DNA of 61,889 nucleotides, the filler included, from Sphacelaria rigidula (Eukaryota), in the NCBI GenBank assembly GCA_964200075.2. It is 8 parts of 8 records of this genome, joined end to end, with 100 filler letters (N's around TTAATTAATTAA, not from the genome) between each part and the next. Parts side by side here need not be neighbours in the genome. Positions count along the whole stretch, not along the records: positions 1 to 7,649 come from CAXNAA020013935.1; positions 7,750 to 15,398 come from CAXNAA020013936.1; 6 more parts are not named here. The stretch is one strand, 5' to 3'. Numbering within the stretch: position 1 is the stretch's first letter; each line of letters starts with the position of its first letter. The position numbers and the translations under genes are program-made. Under the pieces are notes generated by a model. It saw only the letters and a program-made list of their open reading frames with translations, was not told where the DNA came from and made no database searches. Below, piece after piece: positions 1 to 13,278 of the stretch.

Positions 1-527
1 TGCCTCCGCTGTCTTTTTTTTTTCATTCTTTGAAGTTTTTTTTTGTGAAGGTCCGTTTTTTTTTTTGTTGCACGCACCACCCCGCGTGCATGAGCGGCCG
101 AGGAAAAACCAGTCGGCCTGAAAAAAAGCCGTATTTTGCAGGGCTTTTGCCCCCCTCCAGGGCGGGGCACTGACAGAAACAAGAGGAAAAAACCAAGACT
201 TATCCCTGACCCCAAACCTAGCCCCCCCCCTCTACTCAACGACCCATGACGCGCCCCCATACTAAAAACAGTATACTAGTGAACCCTCACACTAAAACCA
301 AGGCAATCCTCATAATAGTTCTCAAATATATCCCAGAAAACCCGCCAAAATTCCCAATATTCGACACACTATTTCTCAGTAATTACGAATCGGATTCAAC
401 TTTATTTTTCAGAGGTATCCTCAAACCCATAGCGTTTCAACAAGCCTATCGGTAGTATCGTGAGTGACTAGGTTGGCGAGACATGATTTGTACCCTATAA
501 GGACCTTTACTTATGGCACAGAGGAAG
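1..527. mobile_element. Right end of a Stowaway-like (Tc1/mariner) element, truncated by contig start
   Basis: ...CTTATGGCACAGAGGAAG followed by TA (528-529). The reverse complement CTTCCTCTGTGCCATAAG matches the TIR of the complete element at 23433-24176. Left extent unknown. Confidence 0.55.
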
Positions 528-1119
528 TATACCTGCCCAATCTTTTATACACGAACATATGCCGCCCCGGGTGCATGTCTTACATTCCCCTATCGCCGAT
601 CGGTTACCGTCTGAAACCACAAAAATATTCACGTTGCTGAACTTTACATGGTCCGCATCGTATCACATGCTTGCGTTCGCCAGCATCAGAGTGCGATGTC
701 AGCAAAGCGCCGGAAGTTGGGTAGGGAGCGAAATTGGTGACGGACACAGCAAGACTCCCATAGCAGTGCTTTGCACACCTGTTGGATGAGTATACGACGA
801 CCGTTAACTCTTGATACGAACATTCCAGATGACACGTGACATAGAGATGATCGTCGCCGTGAATATCCTCATCTCTAGAGCCATTTGGGGAGCCGGTAGA
901 TGCCAGACAGCGGTAGGATGTTCTGAACTCACCTAGATCTGACAAAACGTTCGGGACATTTGTTCTAAAATAACGGAGTACTTCGTAGTAACGCGTGGTG
1001 GAGGCACTCTTCGAGCGTGGGCAGGCTATACCCTGCCTGTGTTGGACATACACATTCCCCAGGGAACATATTATGTTGTTCCACCTGTGTTGAACACAAG
1101 TGTTTTGGAGTGAACACGC

Positions 1120-1288
1120 GGTTCATGTTCGTCTGGCGAAGAAGTGCTAGAAAAATGGGTATACTATTTCCGTTCATTATTTTCCTTCAGCCAGTGCTTT
1201 CAGTTCTTTGTTATGTCTTGGTACGCCAATCATGAACCACGGCTGGATCCCTGGGGGGTCAGATAAAGTGCGACAATCAATCAATCGA
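1120..1288. repeat. Interspersed repeat with TGACCCCC(A/G)GGG(A/G)TCCAGCCGTG core next to a (TTGA)n/(TCAA)n tract; other copies ~31260-31400, ~42240-42410, ~60197-60380
   Basis: The same core with adjacent GATT/AATC microsatellite and A-rich body occurs in four contigs (this copy in opposite orientation). Probably a SINE/LINE end; boundaries approximate. Confidence 0.7.
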
Positions 1289-4200
1289 TATAAAACGTAC
1301 GTCAGTTGGGAACATGAATCACGAAGTAAACGGGTGTTGTACGTGTGTGCAGCATATGCGCTCTAGAATGAGAACACGTTTCATGTCTTGCTCTGGCCAA
1401 CGCGTGGTGTACTGTGGGTGTAATAGTTCGAGGTCAACTGTAAAACTTTGATGCACACTGATTAAAAATGTCCCAACACGGACGGCTGACGAGGCCGGCC
1501 GTCGAGTTGCCGTGAGTATGATGTACTCTTGTATCTCGTCGTCCGTGTTTTCTCCATATTATCCAAAGGACATTTCTGCTACCCCTTCAAGAATCCTTCG
1601 ACTCCGCGCCAGGCATGCCATTTACGAAGGCGGGCGTGGGGTTAGTGCGCATGCGCGCGCTCGTCAACGGTTGGCTTTTTCCCGCGAATAATCGCAAATG
1701 CCGACCGGTCACCCAAATCGTCAGCTTTTATCCTTCAAAAGGTTTGCTTGAACGAGGTTCATCGCAAAATACTGATCTGCCGTCCGCAAAAACACCGACG
1801 TTTTGGTTCATTCTGTACGTTCGTATGTTGTCCGGGACAGCTACCTCTTTGAGGCCGCGAAATGTCGACTACCAGCATGAACAGTACATGAGTCTTCAGG
1901 GCCTCGATGGCAGAGGAAACGATGTCATACATACTTTCAGATGGCGTGCACACGTAAGGGCACTGGAGTAAGATCTGGTCGTTCGCACAGACGCTGGCCT
2001 AAGCTTTTCTGCGTGTGCTGACATGTGCACTGTCAAATCCTTGGCCATGTACTTCACGCTACGTTTCGTCTAGACGCAGTTAGTCCAGCACATCTCGAGC
2101 ATTGCCGAATGAGAGCTCGAGATGCACCGACACACGCATTTCATTTGACGTGGATGACAAGATATCGAATGGCCGCCTGTCAACCGGACGGCAAAGGTGA
2201 GCATCCCACAAGACCATCGGTCAACATAGACGTGTGAAGGGAACACCCATGAAATGGCGACCACGTGAAAAGTTGCATCACGGGTGGTATGAACGTTTTG
2301 ACTCTGCCATGTGCCTGGCAACAGCATGCAGACGGCAAAAGCTTCGACTGTGAAAACTCTAAAGCCCCACGTGTGATATGCTCGCATTCTGAAAGGCGGG
2401 GCTCATGCACAAGGGACATCACGTCTGACGTGTATATACTCTAGGCATCGCTTTAGCACAGCGTGCTTTCCAACTTCTAGAAGAGAATATCCGGTCCAAC
2501 TTGGTGTCCGTCGATGACTCCGTTCAGGTACAGCAGGTACTAGTGTTGGATGTAGAACCACCCATTCTCTTCGATACGATATCTACATATTTGCGTTCGA
2601 TATCAATAGCTTTCGATACATACCGGCAAAGCCGACGTGCGAGAGCAGCGACCCCCAGACAACCCACCCCTCCGCCTGGCGAGGGGTGGGCGCGAGAGGC
2701 GCCGCCGGAGGGAAGAAAGTTGGGTGATTTGGCTTTATTTTCCATCAAAATTGGGCTACTGTATTCAAGGCCTCCCAGCCCAGGAGGAATGTACGAGCCA
2801 GGGTTTGACAAACCCCAACAATCACCAGAGCCGTATCCATCCTGGCCGCAGAAACGCCAGTCACAATTCGTAAAATCTCGTGTCATGACAGGAATAGCAA
2901 GCACATGCAAGCTACGCGTACTTCCATTTTGAGCAGAAAGCCAAGACAATGGATCAATTGAAGACATGAAGACACCCCGGACACCTCTATTTTGGATTAA
3001 ATACGAGTGCGCGATTATTGTGCCCATCATGTTCAACTTGGGAGTAGACGGTTTGACACGCGGAGAAATCAGGGAGAGAATTGAGCGTTAATATATATAT
3101 ATATATATGCATGACACGAAAAGTCAGAGGGCGGACGAAGGGAGGAATGAGAGACACATATTAACGAGCAGAGGTGTAGGAATTTGTTTCTGCCCCAAAG
3201 TAGCATGGCCGACGAACACAAAGGCCCCCTTGAGGCATATGCTTGCCCGAAGTTACGAGCAGAAAATACCAACACGAAATGCAGAATGGGTACGACACTG
3301 ACAATTACACCTCGCCAGCCATATGACGAAGAATCACTCCTTATTCGGCTGAAACGACGGCGTTTATCGTTTTCTATCGAACTTACTGTTATTGTTGTAA
3401 CAAGCTACCTTCCATACAAAAACGACAACGATATTTGGATCCGATACATGGAAACTTCCGATGCGATATCCAACAATAACGGGGCACGGAAAAGGTAGTA
3501 CCTTCAGACTATTAGCGGTTACGGATACTGGCGTTGAAAGGTCCAAGAGACACCGCTACTCGAGCTGTCCGAATCTACGACCATCCCACGTCTGACTGCT
3601 GACCTCCCGTTTCACGTAGCCCTTTCCCGTCAGGCATATATAAGATATCATGGAGGGAAAACTGTGCCTGGGGTGGGGGGTGATGCAGGTGGGTGAGTAT
3701 GCTCTACAAACAGATCCAAAACGCAAGCTGTGACTTGCACACCTATCGTAACAGCATCCACTGTTGGACAGAAAGCCCCACAACACGTGCGGTGTGCGAC
3801 GCGCTTCCCCTACTTGAGCGGGGTAGTGTTGCACGACCGCATCATAAGAACAACATGTTTTCGGTGGTCGGCCGGAATGGGCGAGTGCGGATTGGCAGCT
3901 TGATTGTGTCACCCAACGCTCTTCAATGTGAAATTGAAGTATACAAGAAGTGTTTTTTCTTCGTCGGCATTCATTCCGGGGACAAACAGGTGGTCTTTCA
4001 AAACGTTACGGCTTGACAATACTGGTCTAAAATAAGGAATGTTGCCGTGACACGCGAGGCAGTGTTCCGAGCACATACGGCCCGTGCAACGCGGGAAGCG
4101 TCAGATTGCATCTGATGACGTCTACGAATTTCGAAGTATGATGAAGGGAATAATTTCACTTGTTACACAGTCTCCGGTTTCTCTTACGTTGGGGTGACAA

Positions 4201-5956
4201 GCCACCGTACATAGCCTACATCGAATAAAAGCTCTTTTCAACGGCCTCCCGACGTGGACGTAGCCACCTGTGTATTCCTGTATTAAGGGCTCCTCAAAAA
4301 CGTGATGGCTCGTTCTCTCGTTACCAGAATAGACGAGTTGTTTGCCATTTTCTCATCACTGTTTGCGAATGCACATGTGGCACAGGCGTCGGCGCGAAGG
4401 GCGGGAATGCAGCTGTCGGTCAATACCTGGCACATGTTAAAAAATGTTCCAATACGGTTTACAGAACCAAAAGGCATGGCGTGTCGGTGGTGCGTTGCTA
4501 TCACCCATTTCCCCAGTATCTCCAATACGAGCGGATTTCCAGCTGTAGAGCCAGCTGATAAAATCGTAACCCAACGCACGTGGGAAACGTATGAAGGGAT
4601 GTACAAACGAATTACCTAGTATTGTTCATGGCTAGCATCTCTAATGCCGCTGGAGGGCACGCCGTGAAAGGAGCTCGGAACCCGTAGTGTAACTTCTCTG
4701 ACCCGCGACAAGCTTGAAGGGGGAAAAGGCTTTCAACGTTGCAAAACAGCATTTCAGTGCAGACTGGCGTAGAAACGACGATCACGGAGAAGCTTTATTT
4801 CGTGCGGACTTTTCAGTCAAGACAAATCACGCAGGAACACGGTATGTTCGTAAGGAGGAATTCTCACCACCGTGTTTTTGGCTCGATACGTGTTCATTTT
4901 CATTGTTCCAAAGTTAAGACAACGGGTTTGAGAAGATGCGAACGATAAAAGCATATTACGGACATAAAGCAAGCCAAAATAGAGTTGTAGCCCTGTCGTA
5001 TCTCCCGCTTAGTGAGTGACGCTAGTTACCTTGTCCGATCCTCGACTACGCTTTTCTCGGAAGGGCGGGCGCAATCGCCGGTGTGGTTACCTTGGCGATG
5101 GCCTGTCTCTACTGATCGTATCGACGAGAGAGTTGTGAATTGTACCGCGAACTCTTGTGAGAGGCGAGCCGCGTAGTTCCGTTGTCGGAAGCGTTGTTTC
5201 GCCCTTCCCTTGATTCCAATTCAACACAAATAGTGAAGCAGTGCTTGCACAGAGAGTGGCGCCATAGTAGAGCGGTTAGTAGGTTCGTTTCTGCTTTGCG
5301 AATAGAGTCAATTCTGAGTTCCCTCCTGTGTCACCGCGATGTATATCCAAGTTGGGATTGTTCAACCAGTTGCTTGACCTAGAAGGCGTACACAGAAGCA
5401 TGCAAAACCGGTGCACGTACGGTATGCTGACGACAGCGTTTGCCGCGGGAGGACACTCTCCGGACCGTACAGTACCGTACCATACCACAATGCAGGTTCG
5501 GAGAACCGCACACCGTGCCCCGAGCTAAATGCAGACAATGCAACATCCCCGCGGACGAAGCCGCAAACTCTGTACAGGAGTAGTACTGCGAAGATCTAGT
5601 ACCGCAACACATCGTACAGGCCTTGTCTAGAAACCGCACTCGAGGACAGCCTTGCGGAAGTTTTTTTTACTCGAATCGATTTTCTCAAGTCCCAGGTTCT
5701 CGAAAGCGTCTCTTCGTCCCGTGAGCGGTGCCGACTTGAGAAACCAGTGTTCGTCGCCTTTGATATTCAAAAATATTCCAAACGCCTGACAGCTCATGAG
5801 CTAGCTCATCTGCGGGCCGTACTTTACTTGTAGTGGAACACGTACATGTGAGCTACGTCTGATAGCGCACCCAGGACGAACGTGAGCTAATGAGCTACGA
5901 GTTGGTAGTTCACCCAGGACAAGCATGCGTAGCTCAAACAGCTCTCATAGCTCCAC

Positions 5957-6871
5957 ACCCTGGACAATACAATATGCAATATATATTGCCCGCTCAATAT
6001 ATCGAGGCGTCGGGTGGTCAATATATATTGGGCGAGCAATATGATGACACGAGAGAGGGTCAATATATATATTGTGCCATCAATATATCAAGGCTCGCGA
6101 CATGCAATATATATCGACCGAACAATATATCACGACACGCGCCACCTCAATATATATTGGCCGAGTAATACGTTCGTGCGAGAAGGCACCAATATATTTA
6201 TTTGTCGAGTAATATATTTGCTGCCACCCGAGGTCAATATATATTGACGATTCAATATACTCGACACCCGAAGCGCCAATGTATATTGCCGCCCCAATAT
6301 GTCGTGCGCCAATGCGTCCAATATATATTGGGTGGACAATACACGAGGGAACCGACGGTCACAATACATGTTGATGTAGCAAAATATATTGATTTTCAAC
6401 ATAGATTGGAAAGTGTGTTGGCATTAGTATTGTGAGCAAATTTTTGTTCGCGGGCGCCATTCAAAGGCGTATTTTACATACCGAAAATGCTCAATGTATA
6501 TATCCCTCCGCAAGCGTGTTCAATATATATATATATATATATTGGAAAAACAATACTTCTGCATGGTTTGCGTTCAATATATATTATGGTAACAATATGC
6601 TAAGCATCGCCTCGACTCAATACATATTAACACTTCAATACATACACCGCCGGCATGCACAATATATATTGAATGCTTTCTTCTCGGAGCAACTGCATGT
6701 CCAATATATATTGACATACATTACTTCATGATCATGACACGAGCAATATATGTTGTTGCTTCAATATCTCCGAGGACATCTCAACACAATATATATTGAA
6801 AAGACAATATTTGCGCTGGCTCCAATACAAAGTATGGGTATCATATTGGAACATAATATATTGTCTAGGGT
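5957..6871. mobile_element. TIR-bounded element filled with CAATATATATTG-type palindromic motifs (putative non-autonomous DNA transposon)
   Basis: ACCCTGGACAATA (5957-5969) and TATTGTCTAGGGT (6859-6871) form a 13-bp inverted repeat with one mismatch. More than 30 degenerate CAATA(TA)n(TTG) motifs lie between them at roughly 15-35 bp spacing. Confidence 0.6.
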
Positions 6872-7224
6872 ATAAGCAGCACAGCCCCGGTGACCACAGG
6901 GGTACCAAAAGGCGCATATCGACCCGCGTTTTCTGTCGTCGTGATGTTTAGCCAAGATATTTATATTACATGCTGGAAAGGGGATGGGCAGCCCCGCACC
7001 GGTGACCAGATAGGTACCAGGAGGCATATATACCGGGTCGCCTCTTCTGTCACCATATTTTCTAACCAGTATACATATATATTATATATATGTATATATC
7101 AAACGCATTCGACAACTTTCCGCAGTAATGCACGCAGACTTCTGCGGCTCCCTTTAAAGCTTTTCCCAATCTGCACGGGCTCCAGCATCCATCGCGTCTG
7201 AATCTCTCCTAGAGCGTACACGAT

Positions 7225-7460
7225 ACTTGTAATATCAAATATATATTAACCGGCCCATACATCGTCACCCACGCAGACCCAATAGATATATTGATCGTGC
7301 AATATGTTGTCGCCCACGCTGCCCCAATATATATTGATGGGACAATATGTGTTCAACCCAACAGTACCAATATCAATTGGGCGGGCAATATGTATGCAGT
7401 CCCACGACATCAACATATATTGGGCGCGCAATACATGTGCAGTCTAAGGGTGCCAATATA
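7225..7460. repeat. Second cloud of CAATATATATTG-type motifs
   Basis: About ten degenerate motif copies with GC-rich spacers, ending where a Stowaway-like TIR begins. Confidence 0.7.
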
Positions 7461-7649
7461 CTTCCTCTGTCCCGTAAGTCTGTGCCGAATGGGGCGTGAA
7501 TTCGTTAGGGTACTTACACGTTGACGTTTAATCTCTGGTTTGGTGCGTTAGAAAATCAAAACACACGAAAAGACGACTATAAAAAAAATCGAAGACCTTG
7601 TTGTACACTAAAATTAGGTCGAAATATGCCCATTTTTTGGCTCTTCTTG
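7461..7649. mobile_element. Left end of a Stowaway-like element, truncated by contig end
   Basis: TA|CTTCCTCTGTCCCGTAAG, the same terminus as 23433. Confidence 0.6.
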
Positions 7650-7749
7650 NNNNNNNNNNNNNNNNNNNNNNNNNNNNNNNNNNNNNNNNNNNNTTAATTA
7701 ATTAANNNNNNNNNNNNNNNNNNNNNNNNNNNNNNNNNNNNNNNNNNNN
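7650..7749. other. Artificial contig spacer (N44-TTAATTAATTAA-N44); identical spacers at 15399-15498, 23148-23247, 30897-30996, 38646-38745, 46394-46493, 54142-54241
   Basis: Seven identical 100-bp spacers with a six-frame-stop core separate segments of 7649 bp (first five) and 7648 bp (last three), as expected for size-sorted concatenated contigs. Confidence 0.99.
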
Positions 7750-7921
7750 GTAGTCACCATGGCTAGCTTGCGGGCCAGGCCTTTCTCGTGTGTAAATCCA
7801 TGAGAACGTTCGACTCTGCGCATAGCAGTTGCTTACTGGGGGCAACCCGTCATGACGCGACCAGAGGTTTCCAGGGTACGAAATGTGACGGTATGATTCC
7901 TTGCCTCTTCCACACCCGCAG

Positions 7922-10900
7922 CTCGTACGATGAAGCGGCGCTTGTCTGCGACCCTATCCTGGAGGGACTGCAACTTTCCCCTCAAGCAACAACGAGATGT
8001 TTGGGTGTGTACGAGGTGAGCGAGCACAAGAGCGAGGCACGTTGTTGTTGTCGAGAAAATACGAGTGCGTGCATTTCGTACCTCACGACCCCCCCGTCAC
8101 GGATGTGCTCCGGCGAGAAGTTCCCCTTGTCACTTTCCCCTGGGCCGCTGAGATGTTGGGGGTCGGAGGCAACTACGTATCATCGTTGACCCAACATATA
8201 TATATATATATATATATATTCATCACGTGCTTACCCTGTTGGATGTAGGCAGGCGGAGCTTGCATGTCGTGTGGCGGAGGCCGGCTCTGATATGTCCACT
8301 CCGCCTTGCAGGATCGACTTTCTCTTTCTCCGTGTCAGCTGCTTGATCTACTCGATGTTCGTCTGATGGCCTTGTGTGTACCACGTGCTGGCGATGGAGC
8401 GCGCTATCGCGGCTGTTTGGCCAGCCGGATGACGACAAGAATCGCGACGCGCTTCCGCGACCAATGTTTCATGTTCATGGTAGTATTCAAGGATTCAAGT
8501 GCAGCTTGCATCAATTTGAAGCTGTCGCTGGATCACTGGGAACCGTATTACGACGGATATTTCCTTTACACAGGTGCAACAGGACGACCTCGACGCCGCC
8601 GGTGTGGGCAACTCCGTGGTAGCTGGGGCGACCAGTCCTCTTGGCGACGTCTCCGGCGACGCCACTGTTTGGCGAGTGCTGGAGTCCGTATCAACAGTGA
8701 CGGTCGGTGAGTTTGTGTACGGATCTGCCTGACTGGACCACCGCAGTAGATCCTCGCGCTTCCACGTACAGTACCCCGATCCTGGCAGTAGAGTACGCCG
8801 TATTCGTCGGTGGTACCAACACACACACGTGCATATATGTGTTTTGTTCGTCGCAGAAACTACTGGAGCGCTAGACACAGGCGCCGATGGCATCTGCAAC
8901 GCGGGAGATGAGATCTCGTACGAGATCGTGGCTAGAAACACAGGAAACACCTGTCTCAGGGATGTGGAAGTCACGGACACAATCAGCGGATCTACCTGCG
9001 TCGCCACAGGTACACGTCGGGTGTTTGGATCCTCAGGTGTATGCTGTTGAGGGGTTAGGTCTTATCTGTAAGAGGGTGTGATCGATGCCGTGTAGCTTTG
9101 CTTGTCCATGCTTCCCGTACGGTGGGCTGACACCAGACGTATGACAAATCTTGTATCATGTATGTACTGTAGCACAGGCCGGGACTCAGCATGTACTTCG
9201 CTTGGTCACTATGGCCTTTGATGCCCGGTTGCTTCTGCCGCTAGCAGAGCTATGCCCACAAGAACCGATCATGACGTGTACCGGTACGTATACAATCGAC
9301 CAAGCCGACATGGATAGTGGGAGCAAGAGCAACACGGGCAAAGTGACCTCATTGAGCCCCACCGGTGACTCTGTGGGTGACACGAGCGAGGACAGAGTAC
9401 TACTTACCGGCACTGCAAGCATGACTCTCGGTGAGGAGATGTGCCTGGATCGGTCATTGGGTATGTGTGACGCTTTAGCGGGACATGCGACGTGCTTCGT
9501 AGCTTCCGCGTGTATTGAGCAACGGATGTACAGTCCCTGCAGTAGCATGTTGGACATGCATGCTGAGCATGTGAAAGAGCCTCGCGATGTGCTTCCGAAG
9601 GTCCCCAGTTCATGTCAGAACAACCGTTCTTGATCACTTCTGTGGAATTCGTGCGACAGGTATTTCGGGGAAGTGGACTGATGGCACGGATGGGGACGGC
9701 TTGGCCAACGTTGGAGAGACAATCGGTCGCACATACACCATTTCGAACGACGGAACGACAACCCTTTACAACATTTGCATCACTGACGAAGAGACGGGCG
9801 ACCAGTGCGTGGACTGCGATGACGAACTCGCGCCCGGTGCCGAGGCCAGATGTGAAGTGACTTCTCTGGTGAGCTCCAGTCCTTGTTCTGAGTGTACACG
9901 TGCGTTGTTGCTTGTGTCAGTGGGTAGCATAGGCGATCCATTTTTCGTTTTCTCGAGACACTTGTTGGGGCTCACTAATTCAACAGGCTACCTCAACAGC
10001 GTCCTCCCCCCGTTTCTCACCGACTGAGTGTGACCCTGGTCTTTTCGAAGGGGCATCTGTGGTGACCTTGTTCTTATGGTGACGCTGGGGACACTTTCAC
10101 AATTGTGTTTCTACATTTCGCCTGCGTGTGCTGGATGGCCGGGTCAGGGTGTTACTGTGAGATCAGCTGGTGAACTTCGTAGCTGGTCGCTAACGTGTTG
10201 CAATCTTCTGTACTTTTGCTCATCTACTCAATATTGTCGTACGTTCACAGTTGATGGCGCTTAGATCTAAGCGTACAGAACTGATCCAACAGAAAAGGGA
10301 CACCAGTTAACTACTGTCGCTCACACCAACGCACAACATTCCTGGGAGCGCGACTTGGTAGTATATTTGAGGGTCATGTCAATGGTGACGGTAGCATATG
10401 CTATCTACGAGTCCCCTCATTTTCCTTGGGCTTCGAGGTCTGCCGCTTTTTGCTCACCGGCATCCAACCAGGTAAAACGTATGAGAAACGCGTGCTATTG
10501 CGGGGGCCGTGACACGCGACATGGAATGATTCAGGTCGATAACATCAAACGGAGCGGGAATGGAGTCGGCCTTTCACGTGTACTTTACATAACAAGAGCT
10601 GCCTTTTGAGTCACACTCACTAGTAAAGTGTGTGGTCCTTATTGCGTACCGTCGACGACAGATCGATCAAGATGATATTGATCTTGGTGAGATGGAACTG
10701 TCGGCGAAGGTGACATCTCATTCTCTTGCTGGCGTCGAGGCCACCGGAGATACAGCAGCATATTCGGTTGACCTCCCTCATGAGGCCTTGATGAACATAG
10801 GTAAGGAGCTACTCCAGTAGATGGAACAGTGTACGGGTGACTTGACCGACGACTGGGTAAGCACGCACATACGATGGAGTTCCGCCTTGCGTGCATGTAC

Positions 10901-13278
10901 TCAGTCCCCTACCCATGCGTCGATCCGTGTGTGCAGTCGAAACAGGGGTGTGGATGGACTCAGATTCGAGCACGTTCCCGGACAAGGGGGAAGTCGTTGA
11001 GTACACTATAGTAGTGGCCAACGAAGGTACGGTGACGCTGCACGCCATCGAGGTGTCGGATACGAGCAGTGTTGTCACGTGCGAAGATGTGGCGCCATCA
11101 GTGCTGCTGGCTGTCGGGGAGATGCACACATGCACGGTCTCTCGACAGGTGACGAGGCAGATCATGCGAGCAGTGTTTTGGCTGCGTATGACGTTTTGGC
11201 CGCTTTGCGTACACGGAGTGATATTTGCCCCGCGCTGACTCGACGACGTGTGGTTGTGCGTGGGCTCTGTCTTGGTTTGTCGATGTTTCCACGTCTTATG
11301 TTGCAGCTGACGCAAGCGGAAATCAATGCGGGATCCGTGTCCAGCACTGCCACAGCAAGTGCTACCACGGGGAGTGGCGAACGTCTTACCGAGTCAAGCA
11401 CATGCGTAAACGACCTACCGCGGAATCCGCGGATCGAAATAAGTAAGTTGCAGTGCTTTTCCCCAACGGTAACCTTTACAATGGCACAAATGACAATGCG
11501 GGGGAAAGGCAGCCCTGTCGATCTGAGAGAACCGGAGAAATATTGAGAATCCGTTCTCTAAGTGCATAGTGTTGGAGAGGAAGTGAGCAGTGAAGTAGGT
11601 GCATGTTAGTGTACAGTCGCCTTGGTGGGTGCTGATCCGTGAAGACCTTTTGTCAGCTACAGAACTACGCGCTCTAAAACTCAGAACTACGCGCTCTCGA
11701 GTTATGACCGTATTGATACACGCCGATTCGATTACAAGGAAATGTCAGGGTAAACGCGAGAATTTATGAGAAGCGCCACTCCCGGCTGACTCTTCGGCCG
11801 CTTGTTTATTTCTTGAAGTTGAGAGCTTTGTTTGCGGTCGTTTGGCACAGTGTATGAGGGCGAGTGGGAGGACGGGGAGAACGGGATGGCGGACTACGCA
11901 GACAAATCGGAGAAGATTCTGTACGAAATCCAGGTACCGATGGGCCCCGTGCTTGGAAGATTCCCAACTAGTCACGTGTAGAGTCTCCGAATCTTCGGTT
12001 TCAAGGGAGACGGTGAAACCCATGCGAGGAGCATTCGTGAACGTCACCATGCACCGTCGTTTAGCGTATGAGGGGTCATTGAGTACGCGGCTGATCGGCG
12101 CACTAGACAGTAACACTGTCACCGGGTATCGGCAACACGATGACTCGCCACGCCTTCTCGTTTGCACTGAAGAGTCTTAGAACCCTGACGACGAGAGTAC
12201 TGACATACCTAGTATTTATTCCACCCATGGTTCCAATATGAGATCAAGGCACCATCTCTCCAACCCGTACCGCACCCTATGCCAAGCCCGTCACGTCAAC
12301 TTGCGACAGCGGTTTCGTAAATGGTGTATGGACGATCAGGTTGTGAACGTCGGGAATGTAGACCTCACTGAGGTGACTGTACAGGACCCTCCGGTACCCA
12401 ATGACTGTGTGGTGGCGGAGCTAGGTGTCGCGGTCACCATGTCTTGTAACGGAACCTACTCGTTGACATGGGCCGACATCCGCGCTGGCACGAGGAGTAA
12501 CAGAGCAACGTGAGTGCCGCTCTCCCGTAGAGTCCGTCTGTTCCGTTTTCCACTGATCTGAGACAGAAATAACATGCCTCGATCTGTTTGATTCCGCTTC
12601 ATTGTCCGCACGGATATCCATTGGCAGCGTTTCTTCAACCGGCCCGGGAAACACCGGGACGTTCAGCAACTCCTCCACAGACGACACAGTACTCAAGCCG
12701 CCGCCATCGATCTCAGTGGGTAAGGTGTATGTAGTCGTCCGAAGCATAGGGCATAGCACGAGATGATTTCGCGGTCACGGTTCGTCCAAATGCTACATAT
12801 TGGGGCGGTTTGGCGATGCTCGCGGAACCAGCGGTTGGGCCGGCCTGATTCTGAATGAAGTTCGACGAGCATCTACCATGCAAGCTAAGACCGTCGGTGA
12901 AATCGATCATCGCATGTCCTGCCGCTTGTTCAGCCATCGAAGGACTGTTCATGGATGAATCCGTACCCGAAGACAATCTGGCGACGGCGGGAGAAACCAT
13001 CCAGTGAGTAGTCGTATCCTGCACGGGTAGGCTGCTCCTATCACGGAGACTAGCAGCTGCTGTAGTGATATAGGCATGCTTTCATCGCCATCGCATTGCA
13101 GCAATCGTGAAGATGAGATCAGGGGCGACGTTGCAAGCGTGACAGTCGTTGCTGCCGTCTACTCATCTGAATACTTTTGCAACCTCCTTGCGGTGTACCA
13201 GGTACAACTTGACGGTGACAAACGACGGACACGCCACGTTGTACGACGTAACCGTCAGTGACCCATTGGTGACTTCAG
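7922..13278 (+). CDS. Partial multi-exon gene: tandem DUF11/DUF7507-like (bacterial 'conserved repeat domain', Ig-like) repeat protein, ~6 repeats visible, 5' and 3' incomplete
   Basis: Exons with GT-AG ends and mutually consistent phases: 7922-8015, 8574-8706, 8857-9009, 9248-9430 (alternative NAGNAG start 9245), 9660-9868, 10662-10800, 10937-11148, 11307-11442, 11851-11933, 12340-12509, 12628-12719, 12934-13003, 13202-13278. The spliced product repeats G(D/E)xIxYxIxxxNxGxxxLxxVxVxD...C...LxxG...C...(I/L)xQxD(I/M)DxG...N, e.g. AGDEISYEIVARNTGNTCLRDVEVTD, TCTGTYTIDQADMDSG, VVNVGNVDLTEVTVQDP. Family assigned by motif recognition, not a search. Confidence 0.88.

Noticed and set aside
2668..4555. 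Minus-strand candidate exons in contig 1 (~2670-2841, ~4426-4555, also ~932-963)
   Set aside because: Plausible splice signals, but no recognisable protein and no phase-consistent chain could be established.
5960..7460. CRISPR-like repeat-spacer array
   Set aside because: The repeat is only ~10-12 bp and degenerate, spacing is irregular, there are no cas genes and the context is eukaryotic.
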